Part shown: one piece after another, positions 29,639 through 39,983 of the stretch
Numbering within the stretch: the stretch's first letter is position 1
How the letters are laid out: every line of letters starts with the position of its first letter
Source: an uncultured Candidatus Rokubacteria bacterium
Lineage (GTDB): Bacteria > Methylomirabilota > Methylomirabilia > Rokubacteriales > DASRDR01
Direction: 5' to 3'
Assembly: GCA_963826115.1 (NCBI GenBank)
Contig: CAWGVS010000005.1
Coordinates: forward strand, 256,001 to 320,000
DNA length: 64,000 nt
Program-made: the position numbers and the translations under genes
Notes under the pieces: generated by a model
What the model was told of the DNA's origin: nothing
The model's input: only the letters and a program-made list of their open reading frames with translations
The model's database searches: none

Positions 29639-30613
29639 ATGCCCGACCCCGTCATCGTGATGCCGCCGAACCGGAACTTCGAGCCCGACGTCCTGGCGAT
29701 CGCGCGCCGGCTCTTGCCCCCGGGGTTCGAGCTTCGTCTGATCACGGCCGACGAGCTTGCGCCGGCCCTGCGTGACGCCGACTACCTCATGGGCTTCGTC
29801 GGGACCCTGGACGATGCGACCCTGGCGGGCGCCCGCCGGCTCCGGCTCATCCAGCTCCTCAGCGTCGGCTACGATCGCTTCAACCTGGCCGGCGCCCGTG
29901 CGGCGCGGATCCCGGTGGCGGTCAACGGAGGGGCCAACGCCATCGCGGTCGCCGAGCACGCGGTCATGCTCATGCTGGCGACGCTCCGGCACCTCATGGA
30001 CATGGACGCCAACGTGCGGGCCGGACGGTGGAGCGCGGGGGTGAAACGTCTCTACGAGCTGTGGAGCTCGACAGTCGGGATCGTGGGGATGGGGCGCATC
30101 GGCCAGGAGGTCGCGAAGCGGCTCGCGGGGTGGGGGGTGACGCTCGTCTACTTCGATCCGTTTCGGCTCCCGCCGGCGCGCGAGCAGGAGCTCGGCGTGT
30201 CCTTCCTGTCCCTGGAGGATCTCCTGGCCCGGTCGGACGTCGTGACCGTGCACGTCCCGCTGTCGAGCGCGACCCGCCACCTGATCGGCGGCGCGGCGCT
30301 CGCTCGCATGAAGCCCACCGCGGTGCTGGTCAACACGTCGCGTGGCGAGCTGGTGGACGAGGCGGCCCTGGCCGCTGCCCTGGACGGGGGACGGATCGGC
30401 GGGGCCGGGCTCGACGTCCTGTCCGCCGAGCCGCCGCCGGCCGACCATCCGCTGCTCCGGGCGCCCAACGTCGTCCTGACGCCGCACATGGCGGGGCCGA
30501 CCTGGCAGAGCTGGCCCCGGCGCTTCGGGAACGGCTACGCCAACATCGCGCGCGTCCAGCGGGGCGAGCCGCCCCAGTGGGTCGTTCCGGAACTCGCGGA
30601 TCTGATCCGCTGA
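29639..30613 (+). CDS. D-isomer-specific 2-hydroxyacid dehydrogenase
   Basis: AVAEH, GMGRIG, VNTSRG, GLDV, TPHMAG. Confidence 0.93.
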   Translation: MPDPVIVMPPNRNFEPDVLAIARRLLPPGFELRLITADELAPALRDADYLMGFVGTLDDATLAGARRLRLIQLLSVGYDRFNLAGARAARIPVAVNGGANAIAVAEHAVMLMLATLRHLMDMDANVRAGRWSAGVKRLYELWSSTVGIVGMGRIGQEVAKRLAGWGVTLVYFDPFRLPPAREQELGVSFLSLEDLLARSDVVTVHVPLSSATRHLIGGAALARMKPTAVLVNTSRGELVDEAALAAALDGGRIGGAGLDVLSAEPPPADHPLLRAPNVVLTPHMAGPTWQSWPRRFGNGYANIARVQRGEPPQWVVPELADLIR

Positions 30614-30629
30614 GTGATACGCTCGGGAC

Positions 30630-32099
30630 GTGGCCACGGTGGACGACGGCCTCGTCCTGGATGACGTCGATCCCGCCACCATCCGGCGGGTCCACCTGGT
30701 CGGGGTCGCCGGGACCGGGATGGGGGCCTTCGCCGGGATGCTGAAGGCGGCGGGCCACGAGGTCACCGGCAGCGACCAGAACGTCTATCCCCCGATGAGC
30801 GACATGCTCCGCACCTGGGGGATTCCGGTGTTCACGCCCTACGACCCGGCGAACCTCGACCTCGTCAAGCCGGACCTGGTGGTCATCGGGAACGTGATCC
30901 GCCGGGTCAACCCGGAGGCGACCGAGGTGCGGACCCGGCGGCTCCCGCAGATGAGCTTCCCCGCGGCGCTCGGCGCGTTCTTCCTGGAGCGCCGCCACTC
31001 CGTCGTCGTGGCCGGGACCCACGGCAAGACCACCACGACCGCGCTTCTCGGGCACGTGCTGGTGGCCGCCGGGCGCGACCCGTCCTTCCTCGTGGGCGGC
31101 GTCGCCCGGAACTACGATTCGAGCTTCCGGCTCGGCGCGGGGCCCCATTTCGTGGTCGAGGGCGACGAGTACGACACCGCCTACTTCGACAAGGGGCCGA
31201 AGTTCCTCCACTACCGCCCGCGGACGGCCGTCCTCACGAGCGTCGAGTTCGACCACGCCGACATCTTCCGAGACCTCGACCACTACGAGGCGGCGTTCGA
31301 CCGGTTCGTGCGCATCCTCCCCGCTGACGGATGTCTCGCCGTGGGCGCCGCGTACCCGAACGCGGTGAGGATCGCGAAGGCGGCGGCCGCGCGCGTCGTC
31401 ACCTACGGCCTCGAGGTGGCCCCGGGCGTCGACTACGCCGCGGGGGACCTCACCCACGGGGCCGCGGGCGCGCGGTTCACGGTCTGGGAGCAGGGCCGGC
31501 GTCTCGGCGTGGCGACCCTGCCCGGTGGCGGCGCCCAGAACGTCGAGAACGCCCTCGGCGTGGTCGCCGCGACGCGGTCCCTCGGGCTAGGCTTCGAGGA
31601 GATCGCCGCGGGGCTGGGGACCTTTTCGGGGGTGAAGCGCCGCCAGGAGGTGCGCGGCGAGTCAGGCGGGGTGACCGTTCTGGACGACTTCGCCCACCAT
31701 CCGACCGCCGTCCGCGCGACGATCGCGGCGATCCAGGCGCGCTTCCCCGGCCGGCGCCTGTGGGCGGTGTTCGAGCCCCGGTCGAACACCAGCCGGCGCC
31801 GGATCCACCAGGACGAGTACGTCGAGGCGCTCGCGCTCGCCCCGCTGGTGGCGCTCCGGGTTCCGGAGCCCCACGACATGGTGCCCGCGGACCAGCGTCT
31901 CGACGCCGACCAGGTGGTCGCGGCGCTCCGGGCGCGCGGCGTGGACGCCCGCGCCGAGGCCGACGTGGACCAGCTGGTCCGCGTGGTGGCCGACGGCGCC
32001 CGTCCCGGCGACGTCGTCCTGGTGATGAGCAACGGCGCCTTCGGCGGCTTCATCGATCGCCTGCTCGCCGCGCTCAGGTCCGGCGTCACGATGCGCTGA
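30630..32099 (+). CDS. mpl: Murein peptide ligase (UDP-MurNAc:tripeptide ligase)
   Basis: GVAGTGMG, YPPMS, GTHGKTTT, EGDEYDTAYFDK, DDFAHHPT, FEPRSNT, MSNGAFGG. Confidence 0.92.
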   Translation: MATVDDGLVLDDVDPATIRRVHLVGVAGTGMGAFAGMLKAAGHEVTGSDQNVYPPMSDMLRTWGIPVFTPYDPANLDLVKPDLVVIGNVIRRVNPEATEVRTRRLPQMSFPAALGAFFLERRHSVVVAGTHGKTTTTALLGHVLVAAGRDPSFLVGGVARNYDSSFRLGAGPHFVVEGDEYDTAYFDKGPKFLHYRPRTAVLTSVEFDHADIFRDLDHYEAAFDRFVRILPADGCLAVGAAYPNAVRIAKAAAARVVTYGLEVAPGVDYAAGDLTHGAAGARFTVWEQGRRLGVATLPGGGAQNVENALGVVAATRSLGLGFEEIAAGLGTFSGVKRRQEVRGESGGVTVLDDFAHHPTAVRATIAAIQARFPGRRLWAVFEPRSNTSRRRIHQDEYVEALALAPLVALRVPEPHDMVPADQRLDADQVVAALRARGVDARAEADVDQLVRVVADGARPGDVVLVMSNGAFGGFIDRLLAALRSGVTMR

Positions 32100-32313
32100 C
32101 GCCGCGCGGCCGGATTACCGCGCGGGCCCATCCGACTCGACCCGGCACGCGGCCGAGGTCTGCCGACACGGAGCCACGCGGCGGTGTCGACACCCGACGC
32201 CGGCTCTCGGCTTGTCAGGATTTCTCCCCCTTGCAGGCGTTGGAGTTGGCGCTACCTTCCCGCTCAGGGCGATGCGACGGGGGAGTTCCCGGGTGCGCCC
32301 GAGGAGGCACGGC

Positions 32314-33714
32314 ATGGCTGTGATCGAAGCGGTGACCCTGGACGGGGGGCGTATCACCCTCGACGACGGGACGGTCGATGGCCTGCGCAAGGGATTGCGG
32401 GGCGAGCTGATCCGGAGCCGGGAGGCCGGTTACGAGACCGCGCGCCGGGTGTGGAACGGCAACATCGACCGCCGACCGGCGCTCATCGCGCGGTGCGCCG
32501 GCGTCGCCGACGTGCAACGGGCCGTCGACTTCGCGCGCGCCCACGGCCTCCGCCTTTCCGTGCGGGGCGGTGGGCACAGCGCGCCGGGGTACGGCACCAA
32601 CGACGGCGGGCTGGTCATCGACCTGTCGCCGATGAAGGGCATTCGCGTGGACCCGGCCGCCCGCACGGTCGAGGCGCAGGGTGGCGCGCTCTGGCGCGAT
32701 CTCGACCACGAGACCCAGGCGTTCGGGCTCGCGACGACCGGCGGCACCGTCTCCAACACCGGCATCGCCGGGCTGACGCTCGGCGGTGGCCTGGGGTGGC
32801 TGATGGGCAAGCACGGGCTCACCGTCGACAACCTGATCGCCGTCGACGTCGTGACCGCCGACGGACGGTTCCGCACGGTCAGCGCGACCGAGGACCCGGA
32901 TCTCTTCTGGGCCCTGCGGGGCGGCGGCGGCAACTTCGGGGTGGTCACGTCGCTCCGGTACCGGCTGCACCCGGTGACGACCGTGCTCGGAGGGCTGGTG
33001 ATCCATCCGCTGGACCACGGACGGGACGTCCTCCGGTTCTACCGGGACTTCTGCGCCGGGCTGCCGGACGAGGCGGAAGCCTACGCCGGCGTCCTGACCT
33101 CGCCCGAGGGACAGCCAGTGGTGGCGCTGATCCTCGGCTACAACGGGCCGATCGTAGACGGAGAGAAGGCGCTCGCGCCGGCGCGCCGCTTCGGGCGGCC
33201 GGTCGCCGACCTCGTCGGGCCGATGCCGTACGGCGCGCGCCAGACGCTCCTGGACGACCCGAACGCGAAGCACGGTCTCCATCGGTACTGGCGGGCCGCG
33301 TTCACCGAACGCATCACCGACGAGTTCATCGATGGCGTCATGTATGGGGCCGCCCGATTCAGCTCGGCGCTCAGCGCCATGGTCTTCTTCTACGTGCACG
33401 GCGCGGCGACGCGCGTCCGGCCGGCCGAGACGGCGTTCGCGGCCCGGCGACCCCAGTGGGACTTCGACCTCATCGGGCAGTGGACGGACGGCGCGGAGTC
33501 CGCCAATCACGTCGCCTGGGTGCGCGCCATGTGGAGCCGGCTGGAGCCCCATCTCGAGGACAGCGGGTACGTCAACCACCTCGCCGAGGACGACCGCCCG
33601 GAGAAGGTGCGCGCGTCGTACGGAGAGAACTACCAGCGGCTGCGCCAGATCAAGACGGTCTACGATCCGACGAACCTCTTCCGCGCCAACGCGAACATCC
33701 CGCCCGCGTCGTAG
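32314..33714 (+). CDS. FAD-binding oxidoreductase (berberine bridge enzyme-like)
   Basis: RGGGHS, GLTLGGG, LRGGGGNFGVVT, YVN, KTVYDPTNLF. Confidence 0.93.
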   Translation: MAVIEAVTLDGGRITLDDGTVDGLRKGLRGELIRSREAGYETARRVWNGNIDRRPALIARCAGVADVQRAVDFARAHGLRLSVRGGGHSAPGYGTNDGGLVIDLSPMKGIRVDPAARTVEAQGGALWRDLDHETQAFGLATTGGTVSNTGIAGLTLGGGLGWLMGKHGLTVDNLIAVDVVTADGRFRTVSATEDPDLFWALRGGGGNFGVVTSLRYRLHPVTTVLGGLVIHPLDHGRDVLRFYRDFCAGLPDEAEAYAGVLTSPEGQPVVALILGYNGPIVDGEKALAPARRFGRPVADLVGPMPYGARQTLLDDPNAKHGLHRYWRAAFTERITDEFIDGVMYGAARFSSALSAMVFFYVHGAATRVRPAETAFAARRPQWDFDLIGQWTDGAESANHVAWVRAMWSRLEPHLEDSGYVNHLAEDDRPEKVRASYGENYQRLRQIKTVYDPTNLFRANANIPPAS

Positions 33715-33789
33715 GCGGGCGAGGGGGGCGCGCCAGCGCCACGACGCTGTGCGCGCGCCCCTGGCGCCTCGCGGCGCTCGGGCGAGCCT

Positions 33790-34917
33790 TCAGCTGCGCG
33801 TCGGCGCGACGTCGGTCGGCCGGCCCGTGACCTCGTAGCGCCGGAGCGCGGCCTCGTCGAGGACGATGCCGTGTCCCGGGCGGGCGGGGGGCGCCATCTC
33901 GCCCCGCTCGACGCGGATCGGCTCCGCCAGGAGCCCGATGTCGGTCAGCGATCCGCCCTGGAGGTCCTCCAGGATCAGCCCGTTCGGCACCGCGCAGAGC
34001 GCGTGGATCGACAGCTCCATCGCGAAGTGCGGCGCCACGGGCAGGTTGAAGCTCTCGGCGAGCTTCGCGATCTTGAGCCACTCCGTGAAGCCGCCGACGC
34101 GCACGATGTCCGCCTGCACGACGTCCAGCGCGCCGGCTCGCATGAAGTCGGCGAACTCGTACCGGGTGTACATGGTCTCGCCCGCGGCGAGCGGGATCCC
34201 CGCGCCCTCCCGGACCCGGCAGTGGGCGACCCGGTCGTCCGCCAGCACGGGCTCCTCCAGCCAGAACGGGGCGAAGCGCGTGAGCATCTGCGCCCGCCGG
34301 ACGGCCTCGCCCGCCGTCCACTTCTGGTTGGCGTCGAGCATGACCAGCACCTCCGGTCCCACCAGCCGCCGGACGGCGCCCACGCGCTCGACGTCCTCCT
34401 CGGGGTTGTCGCGCCCGACCTTCATCTTCACGGCCCGGTAGCCCTGGTCGAGGAAGCCGCGCATCTGATCGAGGAGCGGCTCGCCCTCGAGGTGCATGTT
34501 GATGCCGCTCCCGTAGGCGCGGATCCGGTCCCGCGCACCGCCCATGAGCCGGTACACGGGCACTCCGGCGTGCTTGCCCAGGATGTCCCAGAGCGCGACG
34601 TCGACGGTGGCAAGGGCGTAGCGGGTGAGGCCGCCGGAGCCGAGAGAGTGGAGCTCCCACCAGCAGCGCGTCCACACGCGCTCGACATCCCGCGGGTCCT
34701 GGCCCCGGACGAGCGGGGCGAGATAGGTGTCGATCAGCTCCCGGATGGCGGTGCCGCCGAGCCCGCCGGTGTAGGCGAAGCCGGTCCCGGTCAGCCCCGA
34801 GTCGGTCGTGACCGTGGTCACGATCCACTCCCAGTGGTTGACCCTCTGGATGGAGTCCTGGATCCGAATGGGCGGGGGAATGCGGTACAGCCGGGCCGAG
34901 ACGTCCTTCACGCGCAC
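33790..34917 (-). CDS. Mandelate racemase/muconate lactonizing enzyme family protein
   Basis: GTG start after GAGGAG. DVALWD, KMKVG, DANQ, WLEEP, GE, APH. Confidence 0.9.
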   Translation of the reverse strand: MRVKDVSARLYRIPPPIRIQDSIQRVNHWEWIVTTVTTDSGLTGTGFAYTGGLGGTAIRELIDTYLAPLVRGQDPRDVERVWTRCWWELHSLGSGGLTRYALATVDVALWDILGKHAGVPVYRLMGGARDRIRAYGSGINMHLEGEPLLDQMRGFLDQGYRAVKMKVGRDNPEEDVERVGAVRRLVGPEVLVMLDANQKWTAGEAVRRAQMLTRFAPFWLEEPVLADDRVAHCRVREGAGIPLAAGETMYTRYEFADFMRAGALDVVQADIVRVGGFTEWLKIAKLAESFNLPVAPHFAMELSIHALCAVPNGLILEDLQGGSLTDIGLLAEPIRVERGEMAPPARPGHGIVLDEAALRRYEVTGRPTDVAPTRS

Positions 34918-35114
34918 TGGAGATGCTCCTCTCGTGGGAATGGGTCGCTGCTCGTCGTCGCGCCGCCAGGGTACCCCGAATCGTCGGAGCACGAGGTGCG
35001 TTCCCCCGACGGACTGCTCATCAGCCGGCGCCGACGTCCCCGGGGCCTGGCGCCCCGCCGACGCCTTCGGGTATCTTCGGTGACGAGGACAGGACGACTC
35101 AGGTGCGCGGGTCG

Positions 35115-35189
35115 TTCGCCCTCGTGCTCGTGTTCCTGCTGCTCCAGAAGTGGTTCGTGTCGGGCCTGACCATGGGCGCGGTGAAGTGA
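35115..35189 (+). pseudogene. C-terminal remnant of a carbohydrate ABC permease (MalG-type)
   Basis: LVLVFLLLQKWFVSGLTMGAVK* is the typical end of CUT1 permeases. No upstream body is present. Confidence 0.6.
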
Positions 35190-35244
35190 TCGCCGCCCCG
35201 GGCCGTCCGCGCCGGGCCATGACCCCATCACGGAGGCCGATCCC

Positions 35245-36591
35245 ATGAGCGGAGCGAGCGACCGATCCAGGACAAAGCGGTACATCCGGGCCGCGCGCGT
35301 CGTCACCGCGAGCGCGAACGGCGTCATCGAGGACGGCGCGGTCGCCGTCGAGGGCTCCCGCATCACGGCGGTGGGACCGGCGGCCGAGGTGACGCGCGGG
35401 GCCGTTCCGGGGGCGGTCGAGACGTACGCCGACGCGACCCTGATGCCCGGGCTGGTCGATGCCCACGCTCACCTCACGCTGGCCGCCGACCGCCGGACCT
35501 ACGAGCAGATGGTGCTCGACCCCGACGAGATGATGGCGCTGGTCTCGGTGTCGAACCTCCAGCGGCACCTCGCCTGCGGCGTGACCACGCTCCGAGACAA
35601 CGGGGGCCGCAATCGCGTGACGTTCATCGTGCGGGAGGCGATCAACCGCGGGTACTTCATCGGGCCCCGGTTGCTGCTGAGCGGCCGGCCGGTGACGCAC
35701 CGCCACGGCCACTTCTACTGGTGCAACGGCGTGGCCGACGGCATCGAGGCGATCCGCGCGACCGTCCGGCAGCTGGTGGCCGAGGGCGCCGACCACATCA
35801 AGATCATGGCCTCGGGCGGCGCCACCGCCGGCAACATCCCGTACTACGCCTCCTACGGCGTGGACGAGCTCCGCGCCGCCGTCGACACCGCGCACGGGCT
35901 CGGCCGGCTGACCACCGCCCACTGCCGGGCCAAGCAGTCGATGATCAACGCGCTCGAGGCGGGCCTCGACTGCATCGAGCACGGGGAGTTCCTGATCCCC
36001 GGCAAGGTGGTCGAGTACGGGGAAGGCATCTCGTCTCGCGGTGTCATGGAATACGATCCGGCGGTCGCGGAGCGCTTCGCCCAGCAGGGCACGTTCATCA
36101 GCTACACGTTCCAGGCCGGCGGCTACGACTCGCTGGTCGAGCTGCGCCAGAAGGCGGGCCACGAGCGGCTGACCGCCGTCGAGACGGCGCGCCGGGACGC
36201 TCTCGAGGCCTACTACGACATGAAGCTCGAGATCTTCCGGCGCCTCCTCGGCGACCGCATGCACCCGTACCTGGTGGTCAGCAGCGACGCCGGGCCCTTC
36301 GACTGCGAGTTCGGACGGATGCACTACGGGCTGGAGCTGGCGGTCGAGGCGGGCATGAGCCCGCTCCAGGCCATCGAGGCGGCGACATCCCTCGCGGCGC
36401 GCGCCTGCGGCGTCGCCGACATCGTGGGTTCTCTCGAGGTGGGCAAGGAGGCCGACCTCCTCGTCGTCCACGGCAACGCCCTCGCCGACGTTCGGCGGAT
36501 GGCCGAGGTCGCCGCGGTCTACAAGGCGGGCCGGAAGGTCGGCGTCCTGCCGGAGCACTCGCTCCTGCCGACGACGGAGCGCCTGGGCTAG
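35245..36591 (+). CDS. Metal-dependent amidohydrolase (prolidase-like)
   Basis: PGLVDAHAH, IKIMASGG, TAH, IEHG, SSDAG, GSLEVGKEADL. Confidence 0.92.
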   Translation: MSGASDRSRTKRYIRAARVVTASANGVIEDGAVAVEGSRITAVGPAAEVTRGAVPGAVETYADATLMPGLVDAHAHLTLAADRRTYEQMVLDPDEMMALVSVSNLQRHLACGVTTLRDNGGRNRVTFIVREAINRGYFIGPRLLLSGRPVTHRHGHFYWCNGVADGIEAIRATVRQLVAEGADHIKIMASGGATAGNIPYYASYGVDELRAAVDTAHGLGRLTTAHCRAKQSMINALEAGLDCIEHGEFLIPGKVVEYGEGISSRGVMEYDPAVAERFAQQGTFISYTFQAGGYDSLVELRQKAGHERLTAVETARRDALEAYYDMKLEIFRRLLGDRMHPYLVVSSDAGPFDCEFGRMHYGLELAVEAGMSPLQAIEAATSLAARACGVADIVGSLEVGKEADLLVVHGNALADVRRMAEVAAVYKAGRKVGVLPEHSLLPTTERLG

Positions 36592-37092
36592 ACGGAGTGG
36601 GGATGGAGGTCGTGCGCCGTGGCGGCCTATCGGAGTCTCCTGGCCCGGGCGGAGGTGCTCTTCGCCACGCGCATCCCGCCGGAGGTCGTGGAGCCAGCGG
36701 CCGCTGCCGCGAAGCTCCAGGCCGAGATCGTGGCCATCTATCGTCGGATGAACGAGCCGGTCCGACGGGGTTCCGGCGGCGGCCGGAGGATACGGGGCGC
36801 CGTCCTGCTGGGCGACGCGAGACTGGCGACAGTCTCGCGTTCGCTCCGTGGCTGGCGACCGTCCAACCCCTGAACCGCGCCTAGTTCCTCTCTCGCGCGC
36901 TCCGGTACATGGATTGCCCGGACGTCGCGGCGACCCTCGAGCACGATGCAACGGGCGGATTGATGGCTTGTGTAGCGTGCGCCACCATATTAGGCTTGCG
37001 TCGGGCTTTCCAGCGTCCCCATATGTGGCGTGAGAAAGGACTGGTAAGCGTTTCACCCGGGCCTTTCCGCGACACTCAGAAAGGAGACTAGG

Positions 37093-37389
37093 ATGGCACG
37101 AAAAGCGGTCAAGAGAGCAGCAGCGAGGCGCGCCGTGAAGAAGCGCGCGGTGAAGAGGGCCGTCGTCAGGCGCGCCGTGAAGAAGCGCGCGGTGAAGAAG
37201 GCCGTCGTCAGGCGCGCCGTGAAGAAGCGCGCGGTGAAGAGGGCCGTCGTCAAGCGCGCCGTGAAGAAGCGCGCCATGAAGAAAGCCGTGGCGAAGAGAG
37301 CCCTGAAGCGCGCGATCGTCAAGCGCGCGATCAGACGAGCCATCATCGCCAACGCACTGCAGGAAAGGGGCGCCGCTTCAACCGAGTAA
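37093..37389 (+). CDS. Histone-H1-like basic repeat protein
   Basis: AAAGGAG SD. 98 aa with about 41 Lys/Arg in AVKKR-type repeats. Confidence 0.8.
   Translation: MARKAVKRAAARRAVKKRAVKRAVVRRAVKKRAVKKAVVRRAVKKRAVKRAVVKRAVKKRAMKKAVAKRALKRAIVKRAIRRAIIANALQERGAASTE
37126..37293 (+). repeat. 42-bp coding tandem repeat, 4 copies
   Basis: Units start at 37126, 37168, 37210 and 37252 and encode (R/K)RAVKKRAVK(R/K)AVV; the 4th copy is diverged. Confidence 0.9.
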
Positions 37390-37773
37390 AGGTCGCTCCG
37401 GGCGCGTTTGCGTCCGGGCTTCGCATTTAGGGCCAGCGGCGGGGACCTGGGGCGGCCGTCGCCCGCGCGTCGGCCGGCGTCGGCAGTGGGACAATTGTCG
37501 ATCGCCGGTGGGCGCGCGGGTGAGCGGGCCGTGATACTCGGGCAACGGCCGCGCGGCGGCGGCACGAGGGCTGCCAAGCGCACCAGCAAACTTCAGCGGC
37601 GCCACGAGAGCGCTGTCGAACCGGCGCGCCACGGCGGCTCATGCTCCGACGAGGTTGGCGTCGTTGCCACTTCGTGGCCATGGCGATGGGCGCTCGGGCT
37701 CTCGGGGGTGCTCAACGGTTTTCAGCGAACGCCCGTGCGTGAACACCGGTCGCTGCGCCTAGTCGCGTCGATC

Positions 37774-38673
37774 GTGTCGACGCCGATCACCTTCGTGCAG
37801 ATGGCCGACCCGCAGTTCGGCCAGTTCGCCCACTTCTCCGGCCGCACGCCCGAGGAGCTCGCTCGCTACCGGCGGCACGGGCTGAACGTGCGCCCGGCTC
37901 CCAAGGTCGAGCATTTCCGCGAGGAGACGCGGCGGTTCGAGGCCGCGGTGGCGATGGCCGGGGCCGCCCGGCCGCGCTTCGTCGTCGTGTGCGGCGACAT
38001 GGTGAACGCCGCCGGCGACCCCGCCCAGGTCGCCGAGGTGAAGCGGATCGCGGCCGGCCTGCCGGCCGGCGTGCCGCTCCGCTACGTGGCGGGGAATCAC
38101 GACGCGTGTCCCGACAACGAGGTGCCCGACCCCGAGAGCCTGGCGCGCTACCGCGCCGACTTCGGCCCCGACTACTACGCCTTCCGCGAGGACGACGCGC
38201 ATTTCCTGGTCCTGAACGCCTGTCTTCTCCAGCATCCCGAGCGGGCGCCCGAGGACTTCGACCGCCAGATGGCCTGGCTCGAGGGGGCGCTCCGGGACGC
38301 GGCGCGCGCCGGCGCGTCCCACATCGTCGCCTTCACCCACCAGCCGCTCTTCATGGCAAATCCCGAGGAGCCCGACGAGGACTACCCGTGGGCGCCGAGC
38401 CCCCCGGGCCGTCCGCCGGGCTACTGGGCCGTCCCGCGCGCGCGGCGCATGCCGGTCATCGAGCTGTTCCGCCGCTACGGGGTCCAGGCGACGTTCTGCG
38501 GCCACTGGCACCGGAACCACGAGACGCGGGACGGGGACATGCTGGAAGTGCTCACGAGCTCGGTGGGCTACCCCCTCGGCGACGACCCCTCCGGGATCCG
38601 CGTCGTCCGGCTGACGGCGTCGGGCGTCGAGCACGAGTATCGCCCGCTGCCGCTGGCCGGCGCGGCCTTCTGA
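37774..38673 (+). CDS. Calcineurin-like metallophosphoesterase
   Basis: ADPQ, CGDMV, GNHD, FTH, GHWH. Confidence 0.9.
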   Translation: MSTPITFVQMADPQFGQFAHFSGRTPEELARYRRHGLNVRPAPKVEHFREETRRFEAAVAMAGAARPRFVVVCGDMVNAAGDPAQVAEVKRIAAGLPAGVPLRYVAGNHDACPDNEVPDPESLARYRADFGPDYYAFREDDAHFLVLNACLLQHPERAPEDFDRQMAWLEGALRDAARAGASHIVAFTHQPLFMANPEEPDEDYPWAPSPPGRPPGYWAVPRARRMPVIELFRRYGVQATFCGHWHRNHETRDGDMLEVLTSSVGYPLGDDPSGIRVVRLTASGVEHEYRPLPLAGAAF

Positions 38674-38783
38674 GCACGCCCGCGGGCCGCCGGGGCCGGG
38701 GGCCGCTCCGATCTGCCCCGACCGCCCGTCTAAGTGTAGAGTGAACCTGCCGGGGACGATCCCCCGGCCCCGAGGAGGTCTCG

Positions 38784-39443
38784 ATGGCGCTCTTCTCGTT
38801 CAGGAAGAAGGCAGGCATCCCCACGGCCGAGGAGGCCCTTCCCGGCCGGAGCGAGCCGATCGCGGTGACGGACCGGCACTTCGTGACGCGGCGGTCGATC
38901 AAGCCGCCATTCCCGGAGGGGCTCGAGCAGGCCGTGTTCGGGCTCGGCTGCTTCTGGGGCGCCGAGCGGAAGTTCTGGCAGACCGAGGGCGTCCATACGA
39001 CCGCGGTCGGCTACGCGGGCGGCGCCACCCCGAACCCGACCTACGAGGAGGTGTGCTCCGGGATGACCGGCCACACCGAGGCGGTGCTGGTCGTGTTCGA
39101 CCCCAAGGTCGTCTCGTACGACTCGCTGCTCCGCGTCTTCTGGGAGACCCACGACCCGACGCAGGGCATGCGCCAGGGGAACGACGTCGGCACGCAGTAC
39201 CGATCGGCGATCTACACGTACGGCGATGCCCAGGCCGCGGCCGCGATCGCGTCGCGCGACGCCTACCAGCCCGCGCTCTCGCGCGCGGGTTACGGCCCGA
39301 TCACGACGGAGATCCGTCCCGCTCCGCCCTTCTACTACGCCGAGGGATATCACCAGCAGTACCTCGCGAAGAATCCGGGCGGGTACTGCGGGATCGGCGG
39401 CACGGGCGTGGCGTGCTCCGTGGGGGTGGCCGCCGCGCGCTAG
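38784..39443 (+). CDS. msrA: Peptide methionine sulfoxide reductase A
   Basis: [36 protein letters not shown]. Confidence 0.97.
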   Translation: MALFSFRKKAGIPTAEEALPGRSEPIAVTDRHFVTRRSIKPPFPEGLEQAVFGLGCFWGAERKFWQTEGVHTTAVGYAGGATPNPTYEEVCSGMTGHTEAVLVVFDPKVVSYDSLLRVFWETHDPTQGMRQGNDVGTQYRSAIYTYGDAQAAAAIASRDAYQPALSRAGYGPITTEIRPAPPFYYAEGYHQQYLAKNPGGYCGIGGTGVACSVGVAAAR

Positions 39444-39567
39444 CCGCTGAACGCCTTCCTCTTCGCGCGCGGCGAGGGGAAAGCCCGGCACTCGTCCGCC
39501 GGGTCGGGTGTCGTCCGACCCTTGACTTGATCGGACCGCAGGTCCAGTGTGGGTCGTGGAGTTGATC

Positions 39568-39864
39568 GTGACCAGACGGACCCGTTTCGCGTCCCTGTTG
39601 CCCGTCGTCGTCTTCCTTGCCCTGCGCGCCCTGTCGCACGCTCACCCGTTGCCGCTGCCGTGGACGACGGGCGTGTACGACGGCGGTGGGCTCGACGACG
39701 TCCTGCAGACGATCCGCATCTCGTACACGTCGGGACTCGACGTCCGTCACGTCGTCGCCGGCGTGCTGCGCGCCCCGACCGGGCTGGTCACGGTTCCCCG
39801 GGCGTCGTTCGTCAGGGTCGCCGCGCTCAGCCTGGCCCACTCCCGGGCGCCGCCTCTCGCCTGA
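39568..39864 (+). CDS. Small exported protein ending in RAPP, candidate ribosome-arrest leader peptide
   Basis: GGAG SD then GTG. Hydrophobic signal segment, WTTGVYDGGGLDDV, C-terminal HSRAPPLA*. Confidence 0.65.
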   Translation: MTRRTRFASLLPVVVFLALRALSHAHPLPLPWTTGVYDGGGLDDVLQTIRISYTSGLDVRHVVAGVLRAPTGLVTVPRASFVRVAALSLAHSRAPPLA

Positions 39865-39983
39865 TCTCCGCCCTCTCGCCGCTCCCCGCCGGCGCCGCCG
39901 CGTCCAGTGCGGCCTCTCGCCGGCTCACGACCGAATGAGACACGGATCGGTCGCGCGTCTCGCGCGACCGTGGGAGGACAACC

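Noticed and set aside
36603-36873. Small ORF after the amidohydrolase
   Set aside because: It may be a degraded gene fragment, but there is no clean start or recognisable motif, so it was not called as a feature.
33790-37056. 1088-aa minus-strand ORF, and other very long ORFs such as 24091-27120, 54510-57839 and 58873-61341
   Set aside because: Their extra length is off-frame or antisense shadow of real genes in GC-rich DNA. Only the parts with motifs and SD sites were kept.
37126-37293. CRISPR array
   Set aside because: The repeats are contiguous, in-frame coding units without unique spacers, and no cas genes are present.
38784-39443. MsrA as a third selenoprotein
   Set aside because: The catalytic GCFWG Cys is encoded by TGC.
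39522-39550. MerR-type operator (TTGACT followed by the GGACC-GCA-GGTCC dyad)
   Set aside because: No credible -10 at 19-bp spacing, and a 5-bp dyad is expected by chance at this GC content.
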